64,000 nt of DNA, taken from assembly GCA_965240465.1 (NCBI GenBank), contig OZ251219.1:1120001-1184000 (forward strand), written 5' to 3'. Origin of the DNA: a bacterium. Lineage in GTDB: Bacteria; SAR324; JACQKK01. The notes beneath the pieces were generated by a model, which did not search any database, was not told where the DNA came from, and was given only the letters and a program-made list of their open reading frames with translations. Positions 9,244 to 19,122 of this stretch are shown here, piece by piece (within the stretch, counting starts at the first letter, position 1; each line of letters opens with the position of its first letter). The position numbers and the translations under genes are program-made.

Positions 9244-12200
9244 TTGATTATCCTTAATAAAGGTGTTTATTATGGTGTAGCACTATTTTCAGCATATTTT
9301 TTTGCTAGCAAACACATTATTTGGAAAACCATTATGCGTGTAGTAATCAGGAAGTTATCTTATTTTGCCATTCTATCAGGAATAATTTCATTAAACACCA
9401 GTTGTACTGGTCAAAATACTCAGGAAGGATTACCAGAAGAGTTAGCAGGATTGTATGTAAATCATATATCAGGTGTAGAAGGAGATGCAGACACGGTAGA
9501 TTTTGAATTCATTGCTACACTGGATAAACCCGTACAAAAAGAGATTACCTTTGATTACGAGACTGTGGATGGTACTGCCATTTCAGGGGAAGATTATGTA
9601 GCAAAATCAGGGAAAGAGATTGTAATTCCAGGGCAAACCGAAGTGATAATTGCCATTAAGGTTAATGGTGATACAAATGTGGAGCAGGATGAGAAATTTT
9701 ATCTTGAGGTAAGCAATTTAACTGGAGTTGATTTAGATGAAGAAACTGAGGATTCGATCAGGCTAGAAGCAACCATCATCAACGATGACGTTTTCCCCTC
9801 AATATCATTTGGGGACGTATCCTACGAAGAAGGAGATGCAGGTACCGTAGATTTTGAGTTTGTTCTTAGATTAAATAAACCTGCCCAAGAAGAGGTCACC
9901 TTTGATTACCAAACTATAAATCATACTGCCATTTCAGGGGAAGATTATGTAGCAAAATCAGGGAAAGGAATTGTAATTTCAGGGCAAAGCGAAGTGACAA
10001 TTGTGGTTAAGGTTAATGGTGATACAGATGTGGAGCCAGATGAGAGATTTTATCTTGAGGTAAGCAATTTAACTGGAGTTGATTTAAGTGGAGCAACTGG
10101 GGATTCGTTCAGGTTAAGAGCAAACATCACCAACGATGACTTTATTCCCTCAATATCTATTGAGGATGTATCTTACGAAGAAGGAGATTCAGGGACAATT
10201 GATGCTCAATTTATTGTTAGTTTAGATAGGGTTGTAAAAGAAGGTCAATCTGTTAACTTTACCTATAGAACTAATCACATCAGCACCGATAATGAAGATT
10301 ACAGCATGGTTGCCAATGCAACCCTAGTCACCATTTCTCCTACGAAGGATAATGCTGAAATCAATATTTCAATAAATGGCGATACAGAAATAGAAAATGA
10401 TGAGACTTTTGAATTAATTTTAGAAAACATCACAGGAACCACTTTATCTGTAGATAACAACACACTATCAGCTACGGGTACCATCCGAGATAACGACTCT
10501 GCAGCCGGTAACGTTTCCTTAGATATAAGGATCGCCGATGTTTCTAAAATAGAACAGGATTCTGGTACCACCGAGTTCAGATTTACAGCCAGTTTGAATA
10601 AGCTATCCTCCACAAGTGTAACATTTAATTATAAGACCATTCACGTTAGTACCGATGACAGTGACTATCAAACTGTAAAAACAGCCGTCGCAGCAGTTAT
10701 ACTAGCTGGTGAATATTTGCTGGATATATCCATAATGGTTAATGGCGATGAAGAACCAGAAAGTACAGAAACTTTTAAGTTGCAACTGGAAAACATTGTA
10801 GGAATAACCAATGTCACTTCGGTTTTTGCTACTGGTAGCATCATAGATGATGACCCAGATGCTGACGGAGATGGCTTGGGTGACGATCTAGATGAATGTG
10901 ACAACAGCCCTTCAGGATGGACTAGAGATGATACCTCTGATGTAGATGTTGATGGTTGTCGTGACTCAGACGAAGATGATTTTCCCAGCGATAGCAACCG
11001 TAATGCTACAGATTTGGACGGCAACGGCCTGATTAATATAACCAGCGAAGATATGTTGAGAAACATTAAGTACAATTTAGCTGGCAGTAGCTATAAAACC
11101 AGTGTCAGTGACAGAGCAAGGACTAGGGGCTGTCCTTCAGACACTTGCAATGGTTACGAGATGGATAATAGCATTGACATCACCTCTAACTTTGATCCGC
11201 TAGGCAGTGGTACCGAAGCTTTCACCGGCATCTTTGATGGCAATGGCAAGTCCATCAATTATTTGGATATCAGTGTTAGCAATTTAGAATATGTGGGTTT
11301 GTTTGCTAATATCGGCAACAGCGATGCCACCGATCCAAAAGGTTTGGTACGCAATCTCAACCTAAACAATGTTACCGTCACCCGCAGCAATGTTACTATT
11401 ATTACTACTGATTATAAATTCTTAGGTGTGTTGGCAGGTAATGTTGAAAGTGAAGGACAAATTGAAGCAATTACAGTTACCAATGCTACTCTGACTACCG
11501 GTGCGGGTTTTGATTCGGTAGGGGGATTGGTAGGTTACAATAAGGGTTCTATGGAAGGCATTTATGTCAGTGTAATCATCAATAATGGTTTGAATAGAAC
11601 GTATACGGGCGGAGTAGCAGGTCATAATACGGGTACCATCAACGAGGCGTATGCCAGTGGTAAAATAAATGGCAATAATGGGCAGGATTTAACAGGAGGA
11701 ATAGCAGGATACAACAGCGGTACTATCCGATATGGTTCTGCCCAGGTGAACCAAACAGGGGCGCAGCATTTTGACAAAATAGGCGGCCTGGTGGGCGAGA
11801 ACGAAGGTGGGAACATCTATAATAGTTATGCCACTGGAACCATAGATTCAGGAGTCCATTCTGATTTTACTGGTGGATTGGTAGGGGAATGTACCAATGG
11901 AGGAAGTATCAGGAATAGTTTTGTTCCCGCAGGCACTGTCAGTGGTGGTAGAGATGTTGATTTTGTAGGTGGATTAGTTGGCAAGTTTTTAGAATGCAAT
12001 GTTTATAACAGTTATGCTGCCGTAGCGGTCAGTGGTAATGGTGGCAATGATTCTGTAGGAGGACTAATAGGACAATCCTCCAATTCTGGTATTTATAACA
12101 GCTACTCTATGGGCGATGTTAGCGGCAATGACGGTGATGACGAAATGGGTGGTTTGGTGGGTAGTAAAAATTCTACCACCATCATTAGCAATAGTTACTA

Positions 12201-12465
12201 CAGCACAGATATCACCCTAGATAATGGTAGTGGTGACGCCCTGAGGGGAATTAGTGAAGGAAAAACAGATGCCGTCTTACGTAGCCCCACGGCTGCCAGT
12301 GGTATTTACTCAAGCTGGGACATCAAGAACTGGGAATTTGGTAGTTCCAGCCAGTATCCTACCTTACGTGACTACAGGAAAGAGAATGATTCACAAGTAC
12401 AGGGCGATATCTTATGCAACCAGCCCAACCAAGGCACAGACAGGGTACAGTGCTTAAATCCCTAG
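9244..12465 (+). CDS. Large surface lipoprotein: four Calx-beta domains, Asp-rich Ca-binding linker, GLUG-repeat beta-helix; likely start at ATG 9334
   Basis: Lipobox-like SLNTSC. Four repeats of EGD.GT....F....../TA..G.DY/VNGD...E.DE.F. DADGDGLGD and DVDVDGC motifs. Many VGGLVG/TGGIAG repeats. Confidence 0.88.
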   Translation: MIILNKGVYYGVALFSAYFFASKHIIWKTIMRVVIRKLSYFAILSGIISLNTSCTGQNTQEGLPEELAGLYVNHISGVEGDADTVDFEFIATLDKPVQKEITFDYETVDGTAISGEDYVAKSGKEIVIPGQTEVIIAIKVNGDTNVEQDEKFYLEVSNLTGVDLDEETEDSIRLEATIINDDVFPSISFGDVSYEEGDAGTVDFEFVLRLNKPAQEEVTFDYQTINHTAISGEDYVAKSGKGIVISGQSEVTIVVKVNGDTDVEPDERFYLEVSNLTGVDLSGATGDSFRLRANITNDDFIPSISIEDVSYEEGDSGTIDAQFIVSLDRVVKEGQSVNFTYRTNHISTDNEDYSMVANATLVTISPTKDNAEINISINGDTEIENDETFELILENITGTTLSVDNNTLSATGTIRDNDSAAGNVSLDIRIADVSKIEQDSGTTEFRFTASLNKLSSTSVTFNYKTIHVSTDDSDYQTVKTAVAAVILAGEYLLDISIMVNGDEEPESTETFKLQLENIVGITNVTSVFATGSIIDDDPDADGDGLGDDLDECDNSPSGWTRDDTSDVDVDGCRDSDEDDFPSDSNRNATDLDGNGLINITSEDMLRNIKYNLAGSSYKTSVSDRARTRGCPSDTCNGYEMDNSIDITSNFDPLGSGTEAFTGIFDGNGKSINYLDISVSNLEYVGLFANIGNSDATDPKGLVRNLNLNNVTVTRSNVTIITTDYKFLGVLAGNVESEGQIEAITVTNATLTTGAGFDSVGGLVGYNKGSMEGIYVSVIINNGLNRTYTGGVAGHNTGTINEAYASGKINGNNGQDLTGGIAGYNSGTIRYGSAQVNQTGAQHFDKIGGLVGENEGGNIYNSYATGTIDSGVHSDFTGGLVGECTNGGSIRNSFVPAGTVSGGRDVDFVGGLVGKFLECNVYNSYAAVAVSGNGGNDSVGGLIGQSSNSGIYNSYSMGDVSGNDGDDEMGGLVGSKNSTTIISNSYYSTDITLDNGSGDALRGISEGKTDAVLRSPTAASGIYSSWDIKNWEFGSSSQYPTLRDYRKENDSQVQGDILCNQPNQGTDRVQCLNP

Positions 12466-12533
12466 ATGATGAATTAATAAGCAGGCGGGATTTTTAATTG
12501 CTACTTGTTAATAAGAAGATTCTTTTACCGTGC

Positions 12534-13004
12534 TTACAAAGCAATGGTTTGAAAGGATTGTGAGAACTCGCTAAACCAGGCGAGAATAGCACCATCGGGT
12601 TGTTTATTCTTAACGGCACAGACCAAATAAAGGGCACAGGGGTTGATGGGCTGGTTATTAAAAGAGGCACGTTGACGGTCTTCTTGGGAAAAATAAGCAC
12701 CTACACCTACATGGGAGTGTACGTAGACTTTTATCGCTTGATTTGCCCTACACAGTTGATTCTCCAGCTTCAGCAGTGCTTGAGGGTCAATCAGGTAGCC
12801 GTTTTTGGAATGGCGTGGCCAGCGTTTTGGGTCTTGTTGGTGTAACTGGTTAATAATATTTTCCAGTGGATGAAATTGCTCAACCGCGTTGACATCAATA
12901 GGACCACTCAAGACACCGCAAGCTTCGTGAGGGCTGTTCTCAATGGCGTTTTGGTAACACTTTTTAAGTATGTGAGAAGGGATTGGAAGAGATGGCTTAT
13001 CCAT
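12534..13004 (-). CDS. JAB/MPN+ (Mov34) metalloprotease
   Basis: PHEACGVL and YVHSHVGVGAYFSQED match the E...HxHx7Sx2D JAMM motif. Confidence 0.88.
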   Translation of the reverse strand: MDKPSLPIPSHILKKCYQNAIENSPHEACGVLSGPIDVNAVEQFHPLENIINQLHQQDPKRWPRHSKNGYLIDPQALLKLENQLCRANQAIKVYVHSHVGVGAYFSQEDRQRASFNNQPINPCALYLVCAVKNKQPDGAILAWFSEFSQSFQTIAL

Positions 13005-13086
13005 GATAAAGCATAAATTCCATAAGCGTTGAAATTAAGGCTAAGGCGAGTACTTGAGAATGGTTTATTTGAGGTATCCTTAAATC

Positions 13087-13560
13087 ATGGTAGCACACTC
13101 AACAAGTAAAAATACGGCGACTAATAAAAGTGGTTCCCTAAAAATCTGGTTTTTGCAGCAATTGCATCAAAAAGGTGTTCGGATGACAGCCCAGCGTTTG
13201 ACGGTAACCACCGAGATAGCTGCCTGTAGCGGTCATTTTGATATGGAACAACTTTTAAGCAGGATGCATGCAAAAGGGCTGAAAATATCACGGGCGACTG
13301 CTTATCGTACGCTGGAGACGCTACAAGCATGTAACTTAGTGGAAAAGCGCGATTTTGGTAAATCGGGTAGAGTGTACGAGAATGTTATTCCAGGGGGACA
13401 TCATGACCACCTGATCTGCACCAAGTGTGGTCGAGTGACCGAGTTTGACAGCCCTGAATTAGAAAAGATACAGCAGTACATCTGCGATAAGTTAGGCTTT
13501 GCCCAAGTATCCCATACTCATCACGTATTTGGCATTTGCCAGCAATGCCAGCATTTATAA
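13087..13560 (+). CDS. fur: Fur-family transcriptional regulator
   Basis: RMTAQR, ISRATAYRTL, HHDHLICTKCG...GICQQC. Confidence 0.9.
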   Translation: MVAHSTSKNTATNKSGSLKIWFLQQLHQKGVRMTAQRLTVTTEIAACSGHFDMEQLLSRMHAKGLKISRATAYRTLETLQACNLVEKRDFGKSGRVYENVIPGGHHDHLICTKCGRVTEFDSPELEKIQQYICDKLGFAQVSHTHHVFGICQQCQHL

Positions 13561-13696
13561 AAAGATAGGACAAGGCTATTTTAAGGGGATTATACCGACA
13601 TGTGTGTGCTAAAAAATAAAACTTGCGATACATCGGAATTTTAGGCAGGCTGGTTTAGATAAATCAGGGGGTTGGAAATATTAGAGGATTTGGCCT

Positions 13697-14359
13697 GTGG
13701 GAGAAATTTCTGCTATAGCGGCTGCTAGGATGCTTAGGGTCCCCAAACGCACTTTGGTACGCTGGGTAGAACAGGGAGTGTTACCGTTGCTTCCGGGGGG
13801 TGGGTTTGATGAGAATATATTATTGGATTGGGCACGTTCTCAGGGGTTGGATTGTCGTATTGGCCTACCAGAGAGAAGTAAGAATGGGGAGTGTAGCAAT
13901 TTGGAACAAGCGGTTCGTCGTGGGGGGGTGCATTATAAGTTGAAGGGTAAAACTGTGGGAAGCGTCTTAGGTGCTGGAGTAAGGCAGCTGGAGCTGGACT
14001 GGAGTAAAGACAACCAGAGGGAATACTTGCAGGCTTTGAAAACTCGGGAGCGATACGGTGCCACTGTGGTTGTAGATGGGGTAGCTTTTCCTCATGCATC
14101 TCATTGTAATAATTGGGGAATTTCGGACCCATTGGTGGGGGTATTTTTTTTGCAGCAGGCAGTTGATTTTGGTGAAGGACGTAAGGTGCGGGCTATGTTT
14201 ATGCTAGTATGCAATCAGGTGGAAGATTTGTTGATGTCACTAAAGGAATTATCTGATTTTGTGTCAGACAAGAAAGTGCATAAGGGGTTAGTGGATAAGA
14301 ATCCGCCTAAGCTGGAGAAATTACTTAGACAAATTCGCAATGCTGCCAAGAAAAAATAG
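13697..14359 (+). CDS. HTH + PTS EIIA (Ntr/Fru-type) domain protein
   Basis: N-terminal excisionase-like HTH (AARMLRVPKRTLVRWV). RE..GAT...GVAFPHA phospho-His motif. Confidence 0.75.
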   Translation: MGEISAIAAARMLRVPKRTLVRWVEQGVLPLLPGGGFDENILLDWARSQGLDCRIGLPERSKNGECSNLEQAVRRGGVHYKLKGKTVGSVLGAGVRQLELDWSKDNQREYLQALKTRERYGATVVVDGVAFPHASHCNNWGISDPLVGVFFLQQAVDFGEGRKVRAMFMLVCNQVEDLLMSLKELSDFVSDKKVHKGLVDKNPPKLEKLLRQIRNAAKKK

Positions 14360-16085
14360 ATTTAGAGAGCTATTTCAAGCAATTGGGGTGACTAAGGTAC
14401 ATCGTTCAGCTGCGGTGGATGCAGCTCTGTTGATGGTATTGGCGGTGGGAGTGGGTTTATTAAGCGGCATTGCGGCAGTGGCATTGGTTTCAGCAGTGCA
14501 TGGCAGTGTTAATTTTGTTAAGCAATTTCATTATTCTTTGTGGCTGATATTTATTCCTGCCATAGGAGCGGGTGCTTCAGCGTATTTTTCACGTAAAATA
14601 ATGAATGATAATCTGGGGCATGGAGTGCCTCAGTTGATTAGTTCAGCATCTGGGGGTTATCAGTTGCATAGGAATTTGACTTGGTCAAGATTGGTATCCA
14701 GCTTTTTGACGGTTGGCAGCGGAGGCTCTGCAGGCTTGGAGGGGCCAATTGCCACCACGGGCGGGGCGATTGGACATCTTGTAGGAGCAGTGTTTCGCTT
14801 GGATGAGCGTCGGAGGACCTTGTTGTTAGGATATGGAGTAGCTGGTGCGATTGCGGGGATTTTCAATGCACCGTTAACGGGTTCTATTTTTGTGTTGGAG
14901 ATTATCCTGCGGGAGTGGAATGTTCGTACTATTTTACCGACCTTGATTTCTGCGGTAAGTGCAGCTCAGTTATCGCGTTTGATCCTAGGAACTGAGTCTA
15001 CGTTTTCAATTGGGCTGGCAGAGTTTTCCACTCAAGACTTATTTGCCTGTGTTTTTCTGGGATTGGCTACGGGTTTGGTATCTGTTTTGTTTCAGCGGGG
15101 CTTGGTTGTTAGTGAAAGTGCCTTTAAGCGTTTTGTGAGTTCACCAACTCGGCGAGCAGCCATCGGAGGTTTTATGGTGGGCATTCTGGGACTTTTTATG
15201 CCTGCGGTTCTCCATGATGGCTATCTGGTGATTCAGACTTTTTTAGACAATGCTGCTTCTTACACTTGGCAATGGGTAGCATTGTTCGTTTTGGTTAAGT
15301 TTATTGCTTGCTGTAGCACGATAGGTAGCGGGGGATCTGGTGGTGTGTTTGCACCTTCTTTGGTGCTGGGTGGTGCTACTGGGTTTGGATTTGGACAGAT
15401 CTTGCAATCTGTTTTTCCTACTACAGGCTTTGCCCTACCCAGTACCTATGCTCTTATAGGTATGGCAGGCGTAGTAACAGGATTGATGCATGCTCCGTTA
15501 ACAGGCATGTTCTTGGTGTTGGAGATTACCGCGGGCTATAACATGATAATACCTCTGATGATTGTTTGTGCATTTGCCATGCTGGTGGGATTCTTTTCTA
15601 CTGAGGGTTCTGTCTATACCTCGGAACTGCAAAATCGGGGAGAATTGACCCATAAAGGCTCCGATACCCAATTGCTAAATTCTATGCGACCAGCAGAGTT
15701 AGTAGATTCAGAAGATGTGGTCTTGCATGAAAGTACCTCCCTAGGCGAGTTTGTAGAACTGTTCAAACAAGCCAAGCGTAATGTATTTCCTGTTATCAGT
15801 AAAAGCAACCAGTGGCGCGGAGTAGTTTATCTGGATGATATAAGACCTTATTTGTTTGAAAGTAACTTATATTCGCTGATCACCATGGGAGCGGTGATGC
15901 ATACCTACCTGCCAGTAATCAAGCAGTACGAAAACGTTAACTCCGCAATTCAAAAATTTGAGGAAAGCGGGGCTTGGTCGCTACCGGTAGTGAATGAAAA
16001 ACATCGCTATTTAGGAATGATGTCAAAATCTACCCTTTTTGACCGTTATCGCAGAGAATTGATAGTCCATACTCACGGTTACTAA
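14340..16085 (+). CDS. ClC chloride channel/H+ antiporter with tandem CBS domains
   Basis: GHGVP, GSAGLEGP, FNAP, GGVFAP motifs and a C-terminal CBS pair. Confidence 0.93.
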   Translation: MLPRKNRFRELFQAIGVTKVHRSAAVDAALLMVLAVGVGLLSGIAAVALVSAVHGSVNFVKQFHYSLWLIFIPAIGAGASAYFSRKIMNDNLGHGVPQLISSASGGYQLHRNLTWSRLVSSFLTVGSGGSAGLEGPIATTGGAIGHLVGAVFRLDERRRTLLLGYGVAGAIAGIFNAPLTGSIFVLEIILREWNVRTILPTLISAVSAAQLSRLILGTESTFSIGLAEFSTQDLFACVFLGLATGLVSVLFQRGLVVSESAFKRFVSSPTRRAAIGGFMVGILGLFMPAVLHDGYLVIQTFLDNAASYTWQWVALFVLVKFIACCSTIGSGGSGGVFAPSLVLGGATGFGFGQILQSVFPTTGFALPSTYALIGMAGVVTGLMHAPLTGMFLVLEITAGYNMIIPLMIVCAFAMLVGFFSTEGSVYTSELQNRGELTHKGSDTQLLNSMRPAELVDSEDVVLHESTSLGEFVELFKQAKRNVFPVISKSNQWRGVVYLDDIRPYLFESNLYSLITMGAVMHTYLPVIKQYENVNSAIQKFEESGAWSLPVVNEKHRYLGMMSKSTLFDRYRRELIVHTHGY

Positions 16086-16093
16086 TGGCTATG

Positions 16094-17734
16094 TTATTGT
16101 AGCAGAGATGCCTGCCTATGTGTGCTAATGTCCTTATTGGCGGAGACTCTGCCTCTGGTGGTTATGGTGTTGTTGAGGTGTGTGAAAAGAGGGCTGAAAA
16201 CGGGTTGGAATGATTGTACTAATTGGGCCATGGTTTGGGCAGCAGCTCGGTAGGCGGGGTGTCCTTGTTCTGTGGAGCGAAGTTCGGTAAGCCAGATGAG
16301 GGAACGCAAGTTGATGTGCATGTACCATCGCACATGGAATGCCATGGGGATGACATATTGGGCTTCTTGAGGAAAATCTTTGGCGATCTGCTGATGAGCA
16401 CGGGCTGCTTGTTGCATCAGTTGGGCGAATTGGTTATTTTGGCTGGCGGCTTGGATTTCTGGTGGTATTGTCCAGCCTAGTTTGGGAGTGAGGAGCTGTC
16501 TTTGCTGGGTGAGCATACGGTGACGGTGGAGGTCACGGAACATGCCATAATCAGCGGTGCATTCAAAGGTATAGAATGCGAGTTCGGTGGCTCGGGGAGG
16601 TTTGTGGCGGCGATTTCCTCTGGTTTTGCCCAAGTTTTCAAAAATGGTTCTTAGTTCTTGCTCGCTTTTGGATTGCGTCCAATGGTGCAGGGTTTCTAAA
16701 GGCAGGAGGCTTTGTTCGTAGCCCAAGGCGGCTGCTACTCGGGCGGGAGCGTCGGTGTCGTATTTCAATAGCCTGATTTGCTGTTCAGTTGCTTGGGGTT
16801 CAGTGTCAGGCTGCCGAGTTGTTTGAGAATCTTCTGTAAGTTGGATTGCTTGTTTATCAGCCCATTGCTGTAGGTTTTTATTGAGTTCCTGCCAGTAATT
16901 TTGCTGAGCTTGGAAGTGTTTGTTTTCGAGTTCTGCTCTACGGACAAAACTGGGAATGACTTTTTTCAGCTCCTGCAGGGCGGATTCCGATATATGACGG
17001 CACTCTGATAAGGGAGAATTAGCTAATCGCTGCAAGAGGGTTTCAAAGAAGCGTCCATTGCCAAAGATTCCCATGTTAGTCAGGGCAGAGGTAGGTAAAA
17101 TTCCTCGGAGGGAGTCAAAGGTTTTCGTTTTTACTATTATGTTCCATGATTTCTCGGGGATATTCTTTTTGGGTTGGGCGTCAAAAAAATCAAACATGGG
17201 CTTCCAGAGATCTTGGTAGCCCTGAAACAAGTCGTGGCAGGTTTTCAAATAAAGTTCGCGATGAGCAGATGCAAGCAGGCGAGGATCTCGGTAAAATTTA
17301 TATTCGCCTTGGTGCTGGTCGGCAAAGGATAGATAACGGGTTGATTTTTCCAGTGAAGAGCCGCCAATGCGGGAATCTTGCAGGGATTTGGCAGCCAACA
17401 TGGAAATTTGCTCTAGAGCCAGATGTGCTCCCCCGAGTTCTCCCACGCTGTCGTCTCCGTAGTTATCCAGTACCCGACGGTAGAATTCTTCGGCACGTTG
17501 GATATCCAAGATCTCTGTTAAGGGTTCTTGTTTTTCGGTGGTATTTTCAGGGATAAATTCTTTCAGTAACAATTCACGCAAGCCGTGTTTTGAGCGTGAG
17601 TAGCGAGAAAACAAAGCTCCTTTGAGTACTTCTGGCAGATTACACAAGGCAAAAATGGGTTTTTCTAAATTTGTTACATAAGGCCTTAATAAACGGCACT
17701 GCTGGGCATTCCAGCTATTTGAGGTGGTATTCAT
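16094..17734 (-). CDS. thyX: FAD-dependent thymidylate synthase, long two-domain form
   Basis: ALFSRYSRS, YGDDSVGELG, LEKSTRY, RDLHRHRMLTQQRQ, ELRS..QGHPAYR. Confidence 0.9.
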   Translation of the reverse strand: MNTTSNSWNAQQCRLLRPYVTNLEKPIFALCNLPEVLKGALFSRYSRSKHGLRELLLKEFIPENTTEKQEPLTEILDIQRAEEFYRRVLDNYGDDSVGELGGAHLALEQISMLAAKSLQDSRIGGSSLEKSTRYLSFADQHQGEYKFYRDPRLLASAHRELYLKTCHDLFQGYQDLWKPMFDFFDAQPKKNIPEKSWNIIVKTKTFDSLRGILPTSALTNMGIFGNGRFFETLLQRLANSPLSECRHISESALQELKKVIPSFVRRAELENKHFQAQQNYWQELNKNLQQWADKQAIQLTEDSQTTRQPDTEPQATEQQIRLLKYDTDAPARVAAALGYEQSLLPLETLHHWTQSKSEQELRTIFENLGKTRGNRRHKPPRATELAFYTFECTADYGMFRDLHRHRMLTQQRQLLTPKLGWTIPPEIQAASQNNQFAQLMQQAARAHQQIAKDFPQEAQYVIPMAFHVRWYMHINLRSLIWLTELRSTEQGHPAYRAAAQTMAQLVQSFQPVFSPLFTHLNNTITTRGRVSANKDISTHRQASLLQ

Positions 17735-17743
17735 AGATTTTTA

Positions 17744-18382
17744 TTATTGAGCCCTAAAAGCGGCGGTACCGCCAAAGCCGTTGCAGAATTCCCAAGGTTG
17801 TTTGGGGCGGTGGGGCATCCAGCCGACTTCTATTCCTTGGGACTGCAAGTTAGTGCGGATTTGGCGAAAATTAGCAAAGCTATCGGTAGTGACCCAGAAG
17901 AAATAAATGTACTCTTCTGGGGGATGACGAAGTCTGGCAGTTTTCCAATGGGATGATTCTGATTGTGCTTCGGTCCAGCTTTCGCCGTTTAGATTTAGAG
18001 GGTTTATTTCCAAGCAGTAGATTTGGTTAGAGATAGGAAAGAAGCGAATGTTGAGTTGGTTTTCAGGGGTAGCGATGTTGATGGGTACGGCAGATGAGGG
18101 AGTGTTTGCCAGTGCTAGATAGAAAGGCTTGAGATCTAGATAGTGAATTTTATTTTCCGAGATAGAAAAGAGTGCGAATTTTTTATCGGAGGGGTGTGAC
18201 CAAGGTAGCTGGAGGAGACGGCTTTCAGTAGGGGAGGCTTCAGGTTGTACTGCTGAGAATTGAGTTAGCATAGCCATGAAGGCAGCCATGATTATCAGGA
18301 TCCCCACGCTGTTGGATACAATGTCCACCAGAGAGTCTAGACCGATCTCAACGCTATTTTTTCGTCTTCTTCTGGAGGGCAT
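17744..18382 (-). CDS. Single-pass membrane protein, atypical ExbD/TolR-like
   Basis: Basic N-terminus RRRRK, TM helix containing Asp (LDSLVDIVSNSVGILII), soluble C-terminal domain. Downstream of a MotA/TolQ-like gene. Confidence 0.6.
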   Translation of the reverse strand: MPSRRRRKNSVEIGLDSLVDIVSNSVGILIIMAAFMAMLTQFSAVQPEASPTESRLLQLPWSHPSDKKFALFSISENKIHYLDLKPFYLALANTPSSAVPINIATPENQLNIRFFPISNQIYCLEINPLNLNGESWTEAQSESSHWKTARLRHPPEEYIYFFWVTTDSFANFRQIRTNLQSQGIEVGWMPHRPKQPWEFCNGFGGTAAFRAQ

Positions 18383-18385
18383 TGG

Positions 18386-18430
18386 TAGTTTGGGGCGTGA
18401 TAATTTGGGGCGTGATAGTTTGGGGCGTGG
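18386..18430. repeat. Tandem repeat, 15-bp unit TA(G/A)TTTGGGGCGTGA, 3 copies
   Basis: Read directly. Lies 3 bp from the start codon at 18382. Confidence 0.9.
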
Positions 18431-18451
18431 TGAAGAATTGGCAAGCTGAAG

Positions 18452-19060
18452 CTATAATGACGGAGAATAATTAGCAGAGGGTAGTTCCCATCCTGGTAGA
18501 AAGGGTTCTAAGCCGATTGCCAAGCGGGATGATTGTTCTATCAGCTGGGAGGCTATTTCGTAGCTTTCCAGTCCGTCTGTATGTATCAGCAGGATGGGGT
18601 ATCGTTGGATGCGTAGGGAATGGGCTTCGCCGCTAAGGTTGCTGGTTTCCACTTCGTGTAGCCAGGAGATGAAGCTATTTTTGAGATTTGGCTGCTGGGG
18701 GATAAGATGTTTGAGGGCAAACCATACTTGCTCTCGGGAGGCATTAGTAGGCAAGGTTTGCAGGACTTGTTCGGTAAGGATTTCGAGCTGTTGTGCTTCT
18801 TTTTGTAAATTTGGCAGTGAGAATTTTCTGGTGGGGTTGCCATTTTTTTCGTGAAGCCAAATGCCGTTGTTACGGCATTCCAGTAGCAAGGGGCGGACGT
18901 AATTTGGTGCACCTACCAGTTTCAGTTCGGTTTCAATTTTTGCGGGGGTGACTCCTGGGGTTTGTAGCAGTGCCAGCAATGTTGCTAGAAAGGAAAGCAC
19001 TCCCATGGTTCCTAATTGAACGCTTAGGAAGGGAAACAGAGAAAAACCTAGCTGACGCAT
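18452..19060 (-). CDS. Single-pass membrane protein, atypical ExbD-like
   Basis: N-terminal TM FSLFPFLSVQLGTMGVL. C-terminal YPILLI..DG..SY...GLEP. Confidence 0.55.
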   Translation of the reverse strand: MRQLGFSLFPFLSVQLGTMGVLSFLATLLALLQTPGVTPAKIETELKLVGAPNYVRPLLLECRNNGIWLHEKNGNPTRKFSLPNLQKEAQQLEILTEQVLQTLPTNASREQVWFALKHLIPQQPNLKNSFISWLHEVETSNLSGEAHSLRIQRYPILLIHTDGLESYEIASQLIEQSSRLAIGLEPFLPGWELPSANYSPSL

Positions 19061-19122
19061 AATAAGGGATTGTAGCTACGCGGGAAAAAATAGCTGTTGC
19101 AAAGTTTAGGGCAGGAGCAGAC

